DNA of 64,000 bases from Octopus sinensis (Eukaryota): assembly GCF_006345805.1 (NCBI RefSeq), contig NC_043020.1, positions 12,710,001-12,774,000 of the forward strand. Reading direction: 5' to 3'. Each line of letters begins with the position of its first letter. The first letter of the stretch is position 1. A program made the translations under genes and the position numbers. Under the pieces are notes generated by a model. The model searched no databases. It was not told where the DNA came from and saw only the letters and a list, made by a program, of their open reading frames with translations. Shown here piece by piece: positions 1 through 11,800 of this stretch.

Positions 1-993
1 TATTCATCTATACACACATGTATGTATAATGTGTGTGTATATATTGTGTGTGTGTATATTTCCATAGAGGTAACCATTCACTCTATACAAAGTTATTTAG
101 GACGAATATAAGTTATAAAGTTGTCTCTAAGTAGCAGAAAGATCGCTCAAAAGTGTATATAGATATTTAAATGTATTTATATATTCATCTATACACACAT
201 GTATGTATAATGTGTGTGTATATATTGTGTGTGTGTATATTTCCATAGAGGTAACCATTCACTCTATACAAAGTTATTTAGGACGAATATAAGTTATAAA
301 GTTGTCTCTAAGTAGCAGAAAGATCGCTCAAAAGTGTATATAGATATTTAAATGTATTTATATATTCATCTATACACACATGTATGTATAATGTGTGTGT
401 ATATATTGTGTGTGTGTATATTTCCATAGAGGTAACCATTCACTCTATACAAAGTTATTTAGGACGAATATAAGTTATAAAGTTGTCTCTAAGTAGCAGA
501 AAGATTGCTCAAAAGTGTATATAGATATTTAAATGTATTTATATATTCATCTATACACACATGTATGTATAATGTGTGTATATATATATTTCCATAGAGG
601 TAACCATTCACTCCATACAAAGTTATTTAGGACGAAAATAAGATCGCCCAAAAGTGTATATAGATATTTAAATGTATTTATATATTCATCTATACACACA
701 TGTATGTATAATGTGTGTATATATATATTTCCATAGAGGTAACCATTCACTCCATACAAAGTTATTTAGGACGAAAATAAGATCGCCCAAAAGTGTATAT
801 AGATATTTAAATGTATTTATATATTCATCTATACACACATGTATGTATAATGTGTGTATATATATATTTCCATAGAGATAACCATTCACTCCATACAAAG
901 TTATTTAGGACGAAAATAAGATCGCCCAAAAGTGTATATAGATATTTAAATGTATTTATATATTCATCTATACAGACATGTATGTATAATGTG
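1..993. repeat. Minisatellite: three 181-bp units then three 139-bp derivative units
   Basis: TATTCATCTATACA recurs at 1, 182, 363, 544 (period 181), then 683, 822, 961 (period 139). Confidence 0.95.
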
Positions 994-1204
994 TAGATAT
1001 ATATATATATATTTATATGCCGCCATCACAGTTATTAATCAAGGTTCCAGACTTCATTGCTTCTTTCATTAATAGATATTTGTTGTCCGTGTGCTGGAAT
1101 TAACGTTTAACGGTTTAAATGACGAATGGAAGAAAATGTCTTTTAATAAACTCTACATATATGATGCGTGTATGGCTGCATTAAAACTTCGAAATATTCT
1201 ACGC

Positions 1205-1236
1205 ACGTTTGTGTTTGTGTGTGCGTATATGCAGAA

Positions 1237-1273
<37 letters not shown>

Positions 1274-1460
1274 GTGCGTGCGTGTGCAGAATGTGTGTGT
1301 GCACATATATATATATATGTGTGTGTGCAGAATGTATGTGTGTGTGTGCAGAATGTGTGTGTGTGTGTGTGCAGAATGTATGTGTGTATATATGTGCGTG
1401 TGTGTATATATATATATGTGTGTGTGTATATGTATATATATGTGTGTGTGTATGTGTAGA
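1205..1460. repeat. Compound (TG)n/(TA)n microsatellite with recurring GCAGAAT motif
   Basis: Directly visible; source of the CVCV/YIYI pseudo-ORFs. Confidence 0.9.
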
Positions 1461-1469
1461 ATAAATAAA

Positions 1470-2130
1470 TATTTATAGGCGTTGTTCTTTGCGAAGCATA
1501 TAACCGATCATATCTTTTTTATATTCTTCGACATGTTTTTTTTCAAACTGTTTTTTCCCCAATTTATGTCTTTTCATTTCAACATAAGGAAGATTACGAT
1601 TCTTTTTTTTTTTTTTTCCATGGACAATTCCTTCGACATAGCTCGACAAGGTCGAGACCATTTCACTTCGGGTGTTTCCGTGGGTTGTGGTGGAATATAG
1701 CTATAACGAAATTATGCCAGCAAATTTCTCGTTGTAAGCTTGAAGAAAGAAAAAAAAAAAAAGCCTTGCATATTTTTTATTTGGGCGATCTTTCGTCTCT
1801 AGTAGACCTTTCCGTCGATTTCCGTAAAAAAAATTTTTTTGACGAAAGATTGCCTTTATTCGTTCTTACCTGTTTTATGGGTGTATGTAAAATACCGAAA
1901 AATGTCCAAGCAGAAAACAGAAGAATCGAACTGTCATTTTGCTTTCCTTCCACGGAAATACCCGAAACGAAGTGTTTTGATTTATATCGAAAGAATGCCT
2001 TTTTGGCAGCTTTCATTTTTCAAAAAAATTCAAAAAAAAAAAAAAAGATCAAAAGTATTTCGAAATCAAAGATTAAAAAAAATTGCGCATTTCTTGTAAT
2101 CCTCTCTGCCAGTAGAATATTTCGCATTTT
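1470..2130 (+). promoter_or_regulatory. CpG-retaining, repeat-free tract; candidate promoter/5' UTR of the RhoGEF
   Basis: More than 20 CpG dinucleotides in ~650 bp of AT-rich unique sequence, upstream of the first secure exon. Confidence 0.4.
1714..1733 (+). CDS. Candidate first coding exon of the RhoGEF (MPANFS + 2 nt)
   Basis: ATG at 1714 followed by TT|GTAAGC donor in phase 2, the phase required by exon 8793. An in-frame stop lies upstream at 1639-1641 and the site is in a CpG-retaining non-repeat tract. No transcript evidence. Confidence 0.4.
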
Positions 2131-2149
2131 GTCTGGGTATAGACATATG

Positions 2150-2198
<49 letters not shown>

Positions 2199-2231
2199 AC
2201 ATAGGAGATAGTGGTACGTTACGCCGCCTTA

Positions 2232-2477
2232 ATATATATATAGAAATCAAATATAAATTACAAAGTGGGACAAGAACGCAAAAACACACAAAGAGACGAC
2301 ACAAAAAAACAAACGGGTCACTCGAAGCCTCTAATCTTCAGTCAAATTGCTAAGATGATCCGGTTCCGACAGAAGATTAGAGGCTTCGAGTGACCCGTTT
2401 GTTTTTTTGTGTCGTCTCTTTGTGTGTTTTTGCGTTCTTGTCCCACTTTGTAATTTATATTTTATATTTTTTATTTG

Positions 2478-2495
<18 letters not shown>
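2232..2495. repeat. Long inverted repeat (~105-bp arms, ~32-nt spacer) between (TA)n tracts; Penelope-like terminal inversion
   Basis: 2232-2339 is the reverse complement of 2373-2495 apart from a short slippage duplication in the right arm. Confidence 0.85.
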
Positions 2496-2514
<19 letters not shown>

Positions 2515-2725
2515 TGTGTGTGTGTCTGTGTTTGTCCCCCTAGCATTGCTTGACAACCGATGCTGGTGTGTTTACGTCCCCGTCACCTAGCGGTTCGGCA
2601 AAGAAGCGACCGATAGAATAAGTACAAGGCTTACAAAGAATAATAAGTCCTGGGATCGATTTGCTCGACTAAAAGGCGGTGCTCCAGCATGGCCACACAG
2701 TCAACTGACTTGAAACAAGTAGAAG
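2495..2725 (+). mobile_element. SINE family A (tRNA-derived, GTAAAAGA-type tail), 3' half
   Basis: Matches the 3' half of the full copies at 24458 and 50035. Confidence 0.85.
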
Positions 2726-3050
2726 AGTATATAGATGTATAGATAGATTATAAACGCCTCTTTGGTTATGCATGCGTTTATAATAAAACTTCCTAGTGTA
2801 TGTCTGTGTATATATATATATATACACACGCACCATTATTATTCAACTGTATTCGCTACATTAATATCCTTGCCTTTTGTTTTTCGTCGAATTAAATTTT
2901 TTTTTATCACCAGAAATTTGAAATTTTCCTTTTGTCATGGAAAATTTCTCGTGTCAGAGGTCAGACACAAAAATGCGTGTGACATTGTCATTAAAACGGT
3001 TTTGTGTCATTATGTCAAATATATTGTGTGTATGTGTGGGGGGGTGAGAT

Positions 3051-3092
<42 letters not shown>

Positions 3093-3104
3093 CACGTATA
3101 CTCT

Positions 3105-3430
3105 TTACTCTTTTACTTGTTTCAGTCATTTGACTGCGGCCATGCTGGAGCACCGCCTTTAATCGAGCAACTCGACCCCGGGACTTATTCTTTTGTAAGC
3201 CCAGTACTTATTCTATCGGTCTCCTTTGCCGAACCGCTAAGTGACGGGGACATAAACACATATATACATATATACGACGGGCTTCTTTCAGTTTCCATCT
3301 ACCAAATCCACTTACAAGGCTTTGGTCGGCCCGAGGCTATAGTAGAAGACACTTGCTCAAGGTGCCACGCAGTGGGACTGAACCCGGAACCATCTGGTTG
3401 GTAAACATGCTACTTACCACACTGCCAGTC
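3105..3430 (-). mobile_element. SINE family A, internally deleted
   Basis: Reverse complement of the family A head, body and tail. Confidence 0.85.
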
Positions 3431-3904
3431 CTGCGCCTAAATACTAACGTACACACAACATACGCACTTATTCACATTCATACATATCTACATACATGCG
3501 TTCGTGCGCATACACAGACACATACAACCACAAGTATATATTTCACAGGTTCCAGTCACCAAATGTGAGTCTGCTTGGAAACCACCTTCATTGGTTTTGA
3601 AATCGATAATCGATTTTTTATCTTTTTTTTTTTCATTATCGATCTTTGCCGAACTGCAAGATCGTGGGATATTCGAGGATAAGATATAAGCACAGATACA
3701 CTTAATGTTGAAATTCTAGTAAGAAAGACTTCCTGTCCCACCAGTTTCTCGAAAATTAATATTTAAAAAGTTGTTTTTTTTTCTTGCCAAAATCCCACGT
3801 TTTCGGATACGGAGATTCCGGAAAATTGCAAAAAATCGTAATTTTGAATTTTTTGCACCCCCCCCCCCGCTCCCCCTAATCTTTTCATTTTTCTCTTTTT
3901 TCCG

Positions 3905-3987
3905 TAACCCTAAAACTCTAACCCTAACCCCCTAATCCTAACCCTAAAATCCTAACCCTAAAACCTTAATCCCAACTCTAACCCTAA
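3905..3987. repeat. Degenerate interstitial (CCCTAA)n telomere-like repeat
   Basis: About a dozen imperfect CCCTAA/CCTAA units. Confidence 0.75.
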
Positions 3988-4267
3988 ATAGAAAAATTTT
4001 TGGAAATTTGTTTCAGAATCATAATTTCCATATTTTTCCGCATATTTTGGGGAAAAAAAAAAAAAAAAAAAGTTTAAAATATAGAATTTAGAGGGTGGCG
4101 GGGGTAATTTAAAAATGCCGATTTTTTTTTTCCAATTTTTTTGCAGATTCGTATTCTCCGTAGCTGAATACGGGGGTTTGTGTGGAAAGTCACTATCAAT
4201 ATTTGGCAGACATAGACACATTAAAGCGAAGTGCTCTTTGTAAATAAACTGAATGAATGAACTCAAT

Positions 4268-4493
4268 TCCTTTTACTCTTTTACTCTTTACTCTTTTACT
4301 TGTTTCAGTCATTTGACTGCGGCCATGCTGGGGCACCACCTTTAATCGAGCAACTCGACCCCGGGTCTTATTCTTTTGTAAGCCCAGTACTTATTCTATC
4401 GGTCTCTTTTTGCCGAACCGCTAAGTAACGGGGACATAAACACACCAGCATCGGTTGTCAAGCAATGCTAGGGGGACAAACACAGACACACAA

Positions 4494-4524
<31 letters not shown>

Positions 4525-4655
4525 ATATATATATACGACAGGCTTCTTTCAGTTTCCGTCTACCAAATCCACTCACAAGGCATTGGTCGGCCCGGGGCTA
4601 TAGCAGAAGACACTTGCCCAAGGTGTCACACAGTGGGACTGAACCCGGAACCATG
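4268..4655 (-). mobile_element. SINE family A
   Basis: (TTTTACTC)n tail and body identical in layout to other copies; 5' head truncated. Confidence 0.85.
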
Positions 4656-4869
4656 TGTAACAATTTTTTGATGAGAGTATAAATAAGCCATTGTGTGTGA
4701 AACTTAGACCAGACATGCCTCCCTCCCCAACTATCATGTTTTTTTTTTCGTCTCTTACTTGTTTCAATTATTAGACTGTGGTCATGCTGGGGCACTGCTT
4801 TGAAGGGTTTACTCTATCAAATCGACGCCAGTACTTAAGTTTGGTACTTAGTCTATTGGTGTTTATTGC

Positions 4870-5120
4870 TCCCGTGCCCGTGGCACGTAAAAAGCACCAT
4901 CCAATCGTGGCCGTTTGCCAGCCTCGCCTGGCCCCGTGCCGGTGGCACGTAAAAAGCACCCACTACACTCACGGAGTGGTTGGCATTAGGAAGGGCATCC
5001 AGCCGTAGAAACATTGCCAGATCAGACTGGGCCTGGTGCAGCCTTCTGGCTTCCCAGACCCCAGTTGAACCGTCCAACCCATGCTAGCATGGAAAGCGGA
5101 TGGTAAATGATGATGATGCT
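4870..5120 (+). mobile_element. RTE LINE 3' UTR fragment (family C) with (ATG)n tail
   Basis: GGCACGTAAAAAGCACC ... GGAAGGGCATCCAG ... CCATGCTAGCATGG ... (ATG)n. Confidence 0.8.
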
Positions 5121-5469
5121 GAATCGTTAGGTAATGAGGACCTAAACAAACCAGCACCGGTTGTCCAGTGGTTGTGGCGCACAAATACAAAGGCACACAC
5201 ATACGGCAAGCTTCTTTCAGTTTCTACTCACAAGACTTTGGCCAGTTCAAGAAGACACACACACGCACATATATGAGTAGCTGTGTGATAAGAAGCTTGC
5301 TTCCCAACAACATGGTCCCGGGTTCAGTCCCACTGTGTGGAACCGCGGGCAAGTGTCTTCTACAATAGCTTCAGGCCAACCAAAGCTTTGAATGGATTTG
5401 GTAGACAGAAACTGAAAAAAGTCCAGAAACTGAAAGGTGACAAGCTGGCAGAATCATTAACTCTCTCTA

Positions 5470-5705
5470 TCCGCTCAGTCAAAGTCAACTCTCGGTCACT
5501 CGTTGGATCAGTGTCCTCCAGTCAGTTCTATCCTGGGCCGCTTCCTGATGGTGTCAAGCCAGCGGGTTCTTGGTCGGTCTCTTCCTCTCTTGCCACTGAC
5601 CATTCCAAGCATGATGTCCTTCTCCAGGGATTTTCTCTGCATAATTTGACCGAAATATGCCAATCTATGCTTTGAATACATTTTCGGCCTGATCTGCTTA
5701 AGATA
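5470..5705 (-). mobile_element. RTE (BovB-like) LINE 3' ORF remnant
   Basis: Paralog of 7220-7500; the minus strand gives an AYFGQIMQRKSLEKDIMLG-type motif. Confidence 0.65.
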
Positions 5706-5899
5706 TATATATATTTATATATATATATATGTGTGTGTGTAAGTTTATATGTATGTATCCGTCTGTATAATAGGTAACTGCACGTATATATACTTAATAT
5801 TTATTATTTATTTTTTGAGTATGCATGTATGTATATGAATAACTGCACGTATATATATTTTATTATTTATTTTTTGAGTATGCATATAAGTATATGAAC

Positions 5900-6106
5900 A
5901 TAAGGAGGCGCGTGTGTGTGTGTGTATGTGTAAGCATATGTATAGATATATGTATACTTTTACGCATGTGTGTACTTATGTGTATATATGGATGCGCGTG
6001 TGTGTGTGTATGGGTACGCATGTATATGTGTATGTGTGTGTATGTATATGTGTATGTATGTGTGTGTGTATATATGTATATGTATGTATGTACATGTATG
6101 TATGTG

Positions 6107-6139
<33 letters not shown>

Positions 6140-6586
6140 GTGTATGTATATGTATGTGTATGTATGCGCGTATATGTATGTATTTGTATGTAGGTGTATA
6201 TGTATGTGTATATATATTTATTGGTGTATATGTATGGACTAGTCTTCTAAGCGTGTAGACATGAATCTGTAGGTACGCGTACGTATGTGTATATATGTGA
6301 ATGTAGGTAGATGTATGTATGTATGAATATAACGCGTGCGTGTATGTGTATGAGTGTACGAATGAGTGAGTGTGTGTGCGTGAGTGAGTGCTTGTGTTCG
6401 AGTAGAAAGATAAATGGACTTGCTGTCGTCCCCAGGGGGACGAGAGCCAAGATGCTTGTGACCCGCGGTCAAAGATAACAAAAGTAATAAATGAAGATAA
6501 TAATAAAATTAAAATTAGGGAATGGGTTTGTATTTGTATGTATATGTGTGTATGTGTAGGTATGTATAGGTACACATATGTATATA

Positions 6587-6627
<41 letters not shown>

Positions 6628-6764
6628 GGACTTGTGTGTGCATGTGTGTATGTAGATGTGTGTGCATGTGTATGTGTATGTGTGTGTATGTATATTTTTG
6701 TGTGTATATGTATGTGTGGGCGTGTGTGTATATATACATGTGTGTGTGTATGTGTATATATATG

Positions 6765-6797
<33 letters not shown>

Positions 6798-6900
6798 GTA
6801 TATATGTATATATATATATACGTATATATATATGTGTGTGTATGTATGTGTGTATGTATATGTGTGTGTGTGTATATATATACATGTGTGTATATGTATA
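5900..6900. repeat. Large compound (TA)/(TG)/(TATG) microsatellite block
   Basis: Directly visible; unique sequence only at about 6240-6530. Confidence 0.9.
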
Positions 6901-7108
6901 AGTGAGAATCTCCTTATTTACCTAAAACTCTATTCTTCTATATATTTTTTTATTCTTTTATTTATTCTTTTATCTAATTTACCACTGACTCCTTGACCAC
7001 TCCCCCAAGTATGATATTTTTGCGCTATGCCTACCCCCAAAAAGTCCCCCACCACCACCCCGTTAAACCTGCCTAAATGTATAAATGCCAATACAATTCT
7101 TGTTAACT

Positions 7109-7159
7109 AGCTTCCTGATGATTTCTCTTGAATGAAACAGTTCTAGTCCTGTAGAAGCT
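7109..7159 (+). ncRNA. Type I hammerhead ribozyme-like fold
   Basis: Stem I AGCTTC/GAAGCT; core CTGATGA (7115-7121); stem II TTC/GAA closed by a T-T mismatch; GAAA (7134-7137); stem III ACAG/CTGT; GUA cleavage triplet ending at 7153. Confidence 0.65.
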
Positions 7160-7187
7160 CCTTCTATATAATAAATTAATATATATA

Positions 7188-7219
<32 letters not shown>

Positions 7220-7500
7220 CCGCTCAGTCAAAGTCAACTCTTGGTCACTCATTGGATCAGTGTCCTCCAGTCAGTTCTATCCTGGGCCGCTTCACTCAGA
7301 TTGGCCATGTCCATTCAGGTATCACTCCTGATGGTGTCAAGCCAGCGGGTTCTTGGTCGGCCTCTTGCCACTGACCATTCCGAGCATGATATCCTTCTCC
7401 AGGGATTTTCCCCGCATAATATGACCAAAATATGCCAATCTACGCTTGGTGATCCCAGCTTCTAGCGACATTTTCGGCCTGATCTGCTTAAGAACTTCTC
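7220..7500 (-). mobile_element. RTE (BovB-like) LINE 3' ORF remnant
   Basis: The minus strand reads EVLKQIRPKMSLEAGITKRRLAYFGHIMRGKSLEKDIMLGMVSGKR, typical of the RTE C-terminal region. Confidence 0.75.
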
Positions 7501-7955
7501 CATTGGTGAAGCATTAGCACACCGGGTGAAATGCTTAGCAGTATAACGTCTGCTGCTATGTTCTGAGTTCAAATTCCGTCGAGGTTAACTTTGCCTTTCA
7601 TCCTTTCGGGGTCGATTAAATAGGTATCAGTTACACACTTGTTGAAGTAATGGGCTTAATCCGTTTGTCTGTCCTTGTTTGTCCCCTCTGTGTGTAGCCC
7701 CTTGAGGGCAGTAAAGAAATAAGAAACTGAAAGAAGCCCATTGTGTTTGTTTGTCCCCCTGCCATCACTTGACAACTGATGCTGGTGTATTTATATCCCT
7801 GTAACTTAGCGGTTTGGCAAAAGAAATTGATAGAATAAGCACTAGACTTACAAAGAATAAGTCCTAGAGTCAATTTCTTTGGCTAAAACCTTTCAAGGCT
7901 GAGCTCCAGCATGGCCACAGTCAAATGACTGAAACAAGTAAAAGAATAAAAGTAT
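7500..7955 (+). mobile_element. Old SINE family B copy followed by an old SINE family A tail
   Basis: Degenerate TTTGCCTTTCATCCTTTCGGGGTCGAT domain, then the family A 3' end. Confidence 0.7.
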
Positions 7956-8298
7956 ATATATATTTCAAAAGGCAAAATCAAGACAAAATTGGAAGCGCAT
8001 TGTGACCAGCGGTGTATAACAGCAACTGATGGCCTGCTCCATACTGTCATATATGTGTGTGTGTGTATATATATGTGTATATATATGTATGTATATGTAA
8101 GTATATATATGTGTATGTATGTATGTGTGTATGTATGTATGTATATATGTATGTGTATGTATATATATGTATGTGTATGTATGTGCATATATGTATATAT
8201 ATGTATGTATCTATATGTATGTATATATATGTATGTATGTATATATGTGTATGTATGCATGTATGTGTATATATATATATGTGTGTGTGTACATATAA

Positions 8299-8600
8299 GT
8301 GGAGGCGCAATAGCCCAGTGGTTAGGGCAGCGGACTCGCGGTCGTAGGATCGCGACTTTGATTCCCAGACCCGGCGTTGTGAGTGTTTATTGAGTGAAAA
8401 CACCTAGAAGCTCCACGAGGCTACGGTAGGGGATGGTGGTGATCCCTGCTGTACTCTTTCACCACTCTTTCTTCTGTTGGCCTGCTCGCTTAGCCAGCGG
8501 GGTGGCGTCATTCGAAGGCTAAAACAATGCGAACGCATCGTGACCAGCGATGTGTAACATCTGATGGTCTGGTTGGTCACGTGAGCACATCCCGTGACCA
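8299..8600 (+). mobile_element. tRNA-Arg(TCG)-derived SINE, tail variant 1
   Basis: Head GGAGGCGCAATAGCCCAGTGG...GGACTCGCGGTC...GATTCCC with A/B boxes and a TCG anticodon remnant; the 3' part differs from the 9510 copy. Confidence 0.8.
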
Positions 8601-8792
8601 CGTGATGTGTACATATATATATATATATATTCCTTGCAGCAAAACATTTCACTGTAGCTCTTTTGCATTTAGCATTACTGACTGTCACTCACTCCATTTG
8701 TCATTTTAGTTTCCTTCCACCGGCGTGACTGGAGTATGACACATTGTGTTTTATAATTAATTTTTTTTTCATATTTTTTCTCTTTCCTTCAG

Positions 8793-8880
8793 TTTTTGCG
8801 AGCCTGCTATCCCTAGTTACAGGAGGAGGTTCTCTCTGTCATCAGCTGCCAGTATCATGGATCTTACAGAGTTGACATTT
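8793..8880 (+). CDS. NET1: NET1/ARHGEF3-like coding exon (88 nt, enters phase 2, leaves phase 0)
   Basis: Long polypyrimidine tract + CAG acceptor at 8790-8792, donor TTT|GTAAGT at 8881; open frame [29 protein letters not shown] leads directly into KRKRKK. Confidence 0.8.
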
Positions 8881-11800
8881 GTAAGTAGAAACTTTTACTT
8901 TTTAAATAATTCTCTGTCATCCAGAGGGAAGGCATTTTAGCCCTAGGTTAGATTTGATTAAAAGATGCAGATCTTTTCGGTTTGAGCGGCAGTTTTTTCT
9001 AGCGGTGTCATATGAAATTGTCACCCATAATTATGACCCTAGTATCAATCTATTGCATTTCAATCTGTTTTAGGGTTAGGGGTGGGGTGAAGAGTATCTT
9101 TTTTTCTTCAGAAATGTAAATAAACCCAATCTGTTTCTTAAACGAGGGACATATTCGTATGGCACAGAATGTTTTTTTTACCTCAATAGACGTCAGTGAT
9201 TGGTTGAAATTGCAGAAATTGAAGGAAAAAAACAACAAATATCTTAGAAACTATAGAATTTTCTCAATAAAGCCAAGAGAAAAAGATGTTTTATAAACAC
9301 ATTCTACCAGTATACGAAGTTTAAAATTTTTTAGTTACCTAGAAATTATGTTAAAAACTGCCGTTCAAACCGAAAAGATCCAAAGATGTCCTTCCTGGTT
9401 GCTAACCCTGCTCTGTTTCCAAGCAAGGCAATATTTCTCATGGCTAGACGTATTCTCAGAATATTAGAAATGAGTGACACTCATTTGCAACTATCACATG
9501 ACATCAACACAATGGCCCAGTGGTTAGAGCAGCGGGCTCGCGGTTATAGGATCGCGGTTTCGATTCCCAGACTGGGCGTTGTGAGTGTTTATTGAGCGAA
9601 AACACCTAAAAGCTCCACGAGGCTCCGGTAGGGGATGGTGGTGATCCCTGCTGTACTCTTTCACCACAACTTTCTCTCACTCTTACTTCCTGTTTCTGTT
9701 GTACCTGTATTTCAAGGGGCCGGCCTTGTCACTCTCTGTGTCACGCTGAATATCCCCGAGAACTATGTTAAGGGTGCACGTGTCTGTGGAGTGCTCAGCC
9801 ACTTACACGTTAATTTCACGAGCAGGCTGTTCCGTTGATTCGGATCAACCGGAACCCTTGTCGTCGTTACCGATGGAGTGCTTCCATACACATAGCTCCC
9901 CATGCACGTATACAAGTTTTTTTTCCAGTTTCCGTGTCCCAAATCCACTCACAAGTTCAACCTAAGTAGAAGACACTTGCTCAAAGTGTGATGCTGTGTT
10001 GGACTGAACCCAGAACCATGTGGTTCGGATGCAAGATTGCCACACTGAGCCCATCCCTTGTAAAACTTCTATACCTACTACAGAAGTTGGGGTTCAAATC
10101 TGCAACCTTATGAAATATTAATAATAATAATAATAATAATAATTGTGTACAGTGCTCAGGTGCACTACAACTCATCTAAAGTGTATATATAATCAGGTGT
10201 AGTTTCGGCGGATTTCGGAAAGCATGAGGGCCTTAAAGGATGCAGTGTCATGACAGTCAAAAAGGTGTTCAGTGTTGTTGTTGGTGAGGTGGTTGATAAC
10301 TTTGTGGGTGTTTACCAAATCCGTCGCCAGATGCCGGAGCTTCAGTGAATCCATGCCCAGGGAAACAAGGCGCTCAGAATATGGCAGGTGTCTGATGGAG
10401 GGTATGCGTTTGGTTACACGTCTCTGGACAGATTCCAGGAGGTCAATGTTCTGAGCAAGATAGGGGTTCCAAACTGATGATGCGAATTCCAAGTGTGGTC
10501 ATACCATAGCTGTATACAGTTTTAAATAGATGGCTGGAGAGCGGCTAACAAAAGTCTTGCTGAGTGTTCACTGGGTTGCCACTGTCTACAATAGAGTTGC
10601 TTCTAAACCATGCGACCTGTATAGAATTTAGTGTGCTTGGTCAAGGGAGCTCCTCTATGCCAAAGACTTTGTTGTAGATGAATTCTTAACCTTTCGTTAC
10701 CAACCCGCCTGAAACTGCCCCTGGCTCTGTAGTACAAATGTCTTGTTTTCTTAAGTTTTGAATTAAAATCTTCCACCAAACCATAGCCACAATTTATGTT
10801 CCTAACACAAGCTTGATGATAACTAAGTTATTTTACTAAATTCTTAATTAGATTTTAAGTAATTGAAAGAAACAAAGAACATCTCAAAATAAATATGGTA
10901 ACAAAAGGGTTAATAAAATTCATCATCATCATCATCATTTAGCGTCCGTTTTCCATGCTAGCATGGGTTGGACGGTTTAACTGGGGTCTGTGAAGCCGGA
11001 AGGCTTCATCAGGCCCAGTCAGATTTGGCAGTGTTTCTACGGCTGGCTGCCCTTCCTAACGCCAACCACTCCGTGAGTGTAGTGGGTGCTTTTTGCGTGC
11101 CACCTGCACAGGTGCCAGACAGAGCTGGCAAACGGCCACGAACGGATGGTGTTTTTACGTGCTACCGGCACGGGGGCCAGGCGAGGCTGGCAACGGACAC
11201 GAGCGGATGGTGCTTTTACGTGCCAACGACACGGGGCCCAGGTGAGGCTGGCAACGGACACGAACGGATGGTGTTTTTACGTGCCAATGGCACGGGGCCC
11301 AGGTGAGGCTGGCAACGGACACGAACGGATGGTGCTTTTACGTGCTACCGGCACGGGGGCCACGCGAAGAAATTTCAGGTGTGGCAGTAAACATTAGAAT
11401 CAAGTTAATTTAGAGTTAATTTAGCAAATACCCAAGTATTAGCAAGCAGGAAATCAGGGAAATGGCCTTGTTCAGTATGTAGAAAAGGTGTAGATAAAAA
11501 AAAGGCCAGGCGGTATGCACCGTGCAAGCTATGGACACATGAGGTGCAGTGGAATCGCAGGCATGTTATTGTAGACTGTTTGTGGAAGGTGTGCAGGTAC
11601 AGTAAACACTAAGAATATACAGGAAATGGATTTCCTCAAATATCGTTGCCAGAGCAGCTAACTGGCTTCTGTGCCTGTGACACGTAAAAGGCACCATTTG
11701 AGCATATTTGTTACTAGCATTGCTGTACTGGCACTTGTGCCGGTGGCGCGTGAAAAAACATTCGAGTGAAGTCGTTGCCAGTGCCAATGGACTGGCTCCT

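Noticed and set aside
1685-2353. 222-aa ORF
   Set aside because: Runs through poly-A, (TA)n and an inverted repeat; composition is not protein-like and it has a non-ATG start.
3905-3987. True telomere
   Set aside because: Short, degenerate and internal to an intron.
533-6996. Many 60-200 aa ORFs rich in CV/YI/HT
   Set aside because: Translations of (TG)n/(TA)n microsatellites and the 139-bp minisatellite; no splice or homology support. The same applies to ORFs at 7883-8403, 26416-27178, 33637-34062 and 52071-56983.
8299-8375. tRNA-Arg gene (also the heads at 9509, 14804, 60289, 60783)
   Set aside because: The tRNA-like head continues into a SINE body without an acceptor-stem 3' strand or terminator; TSDs flank whole elements.
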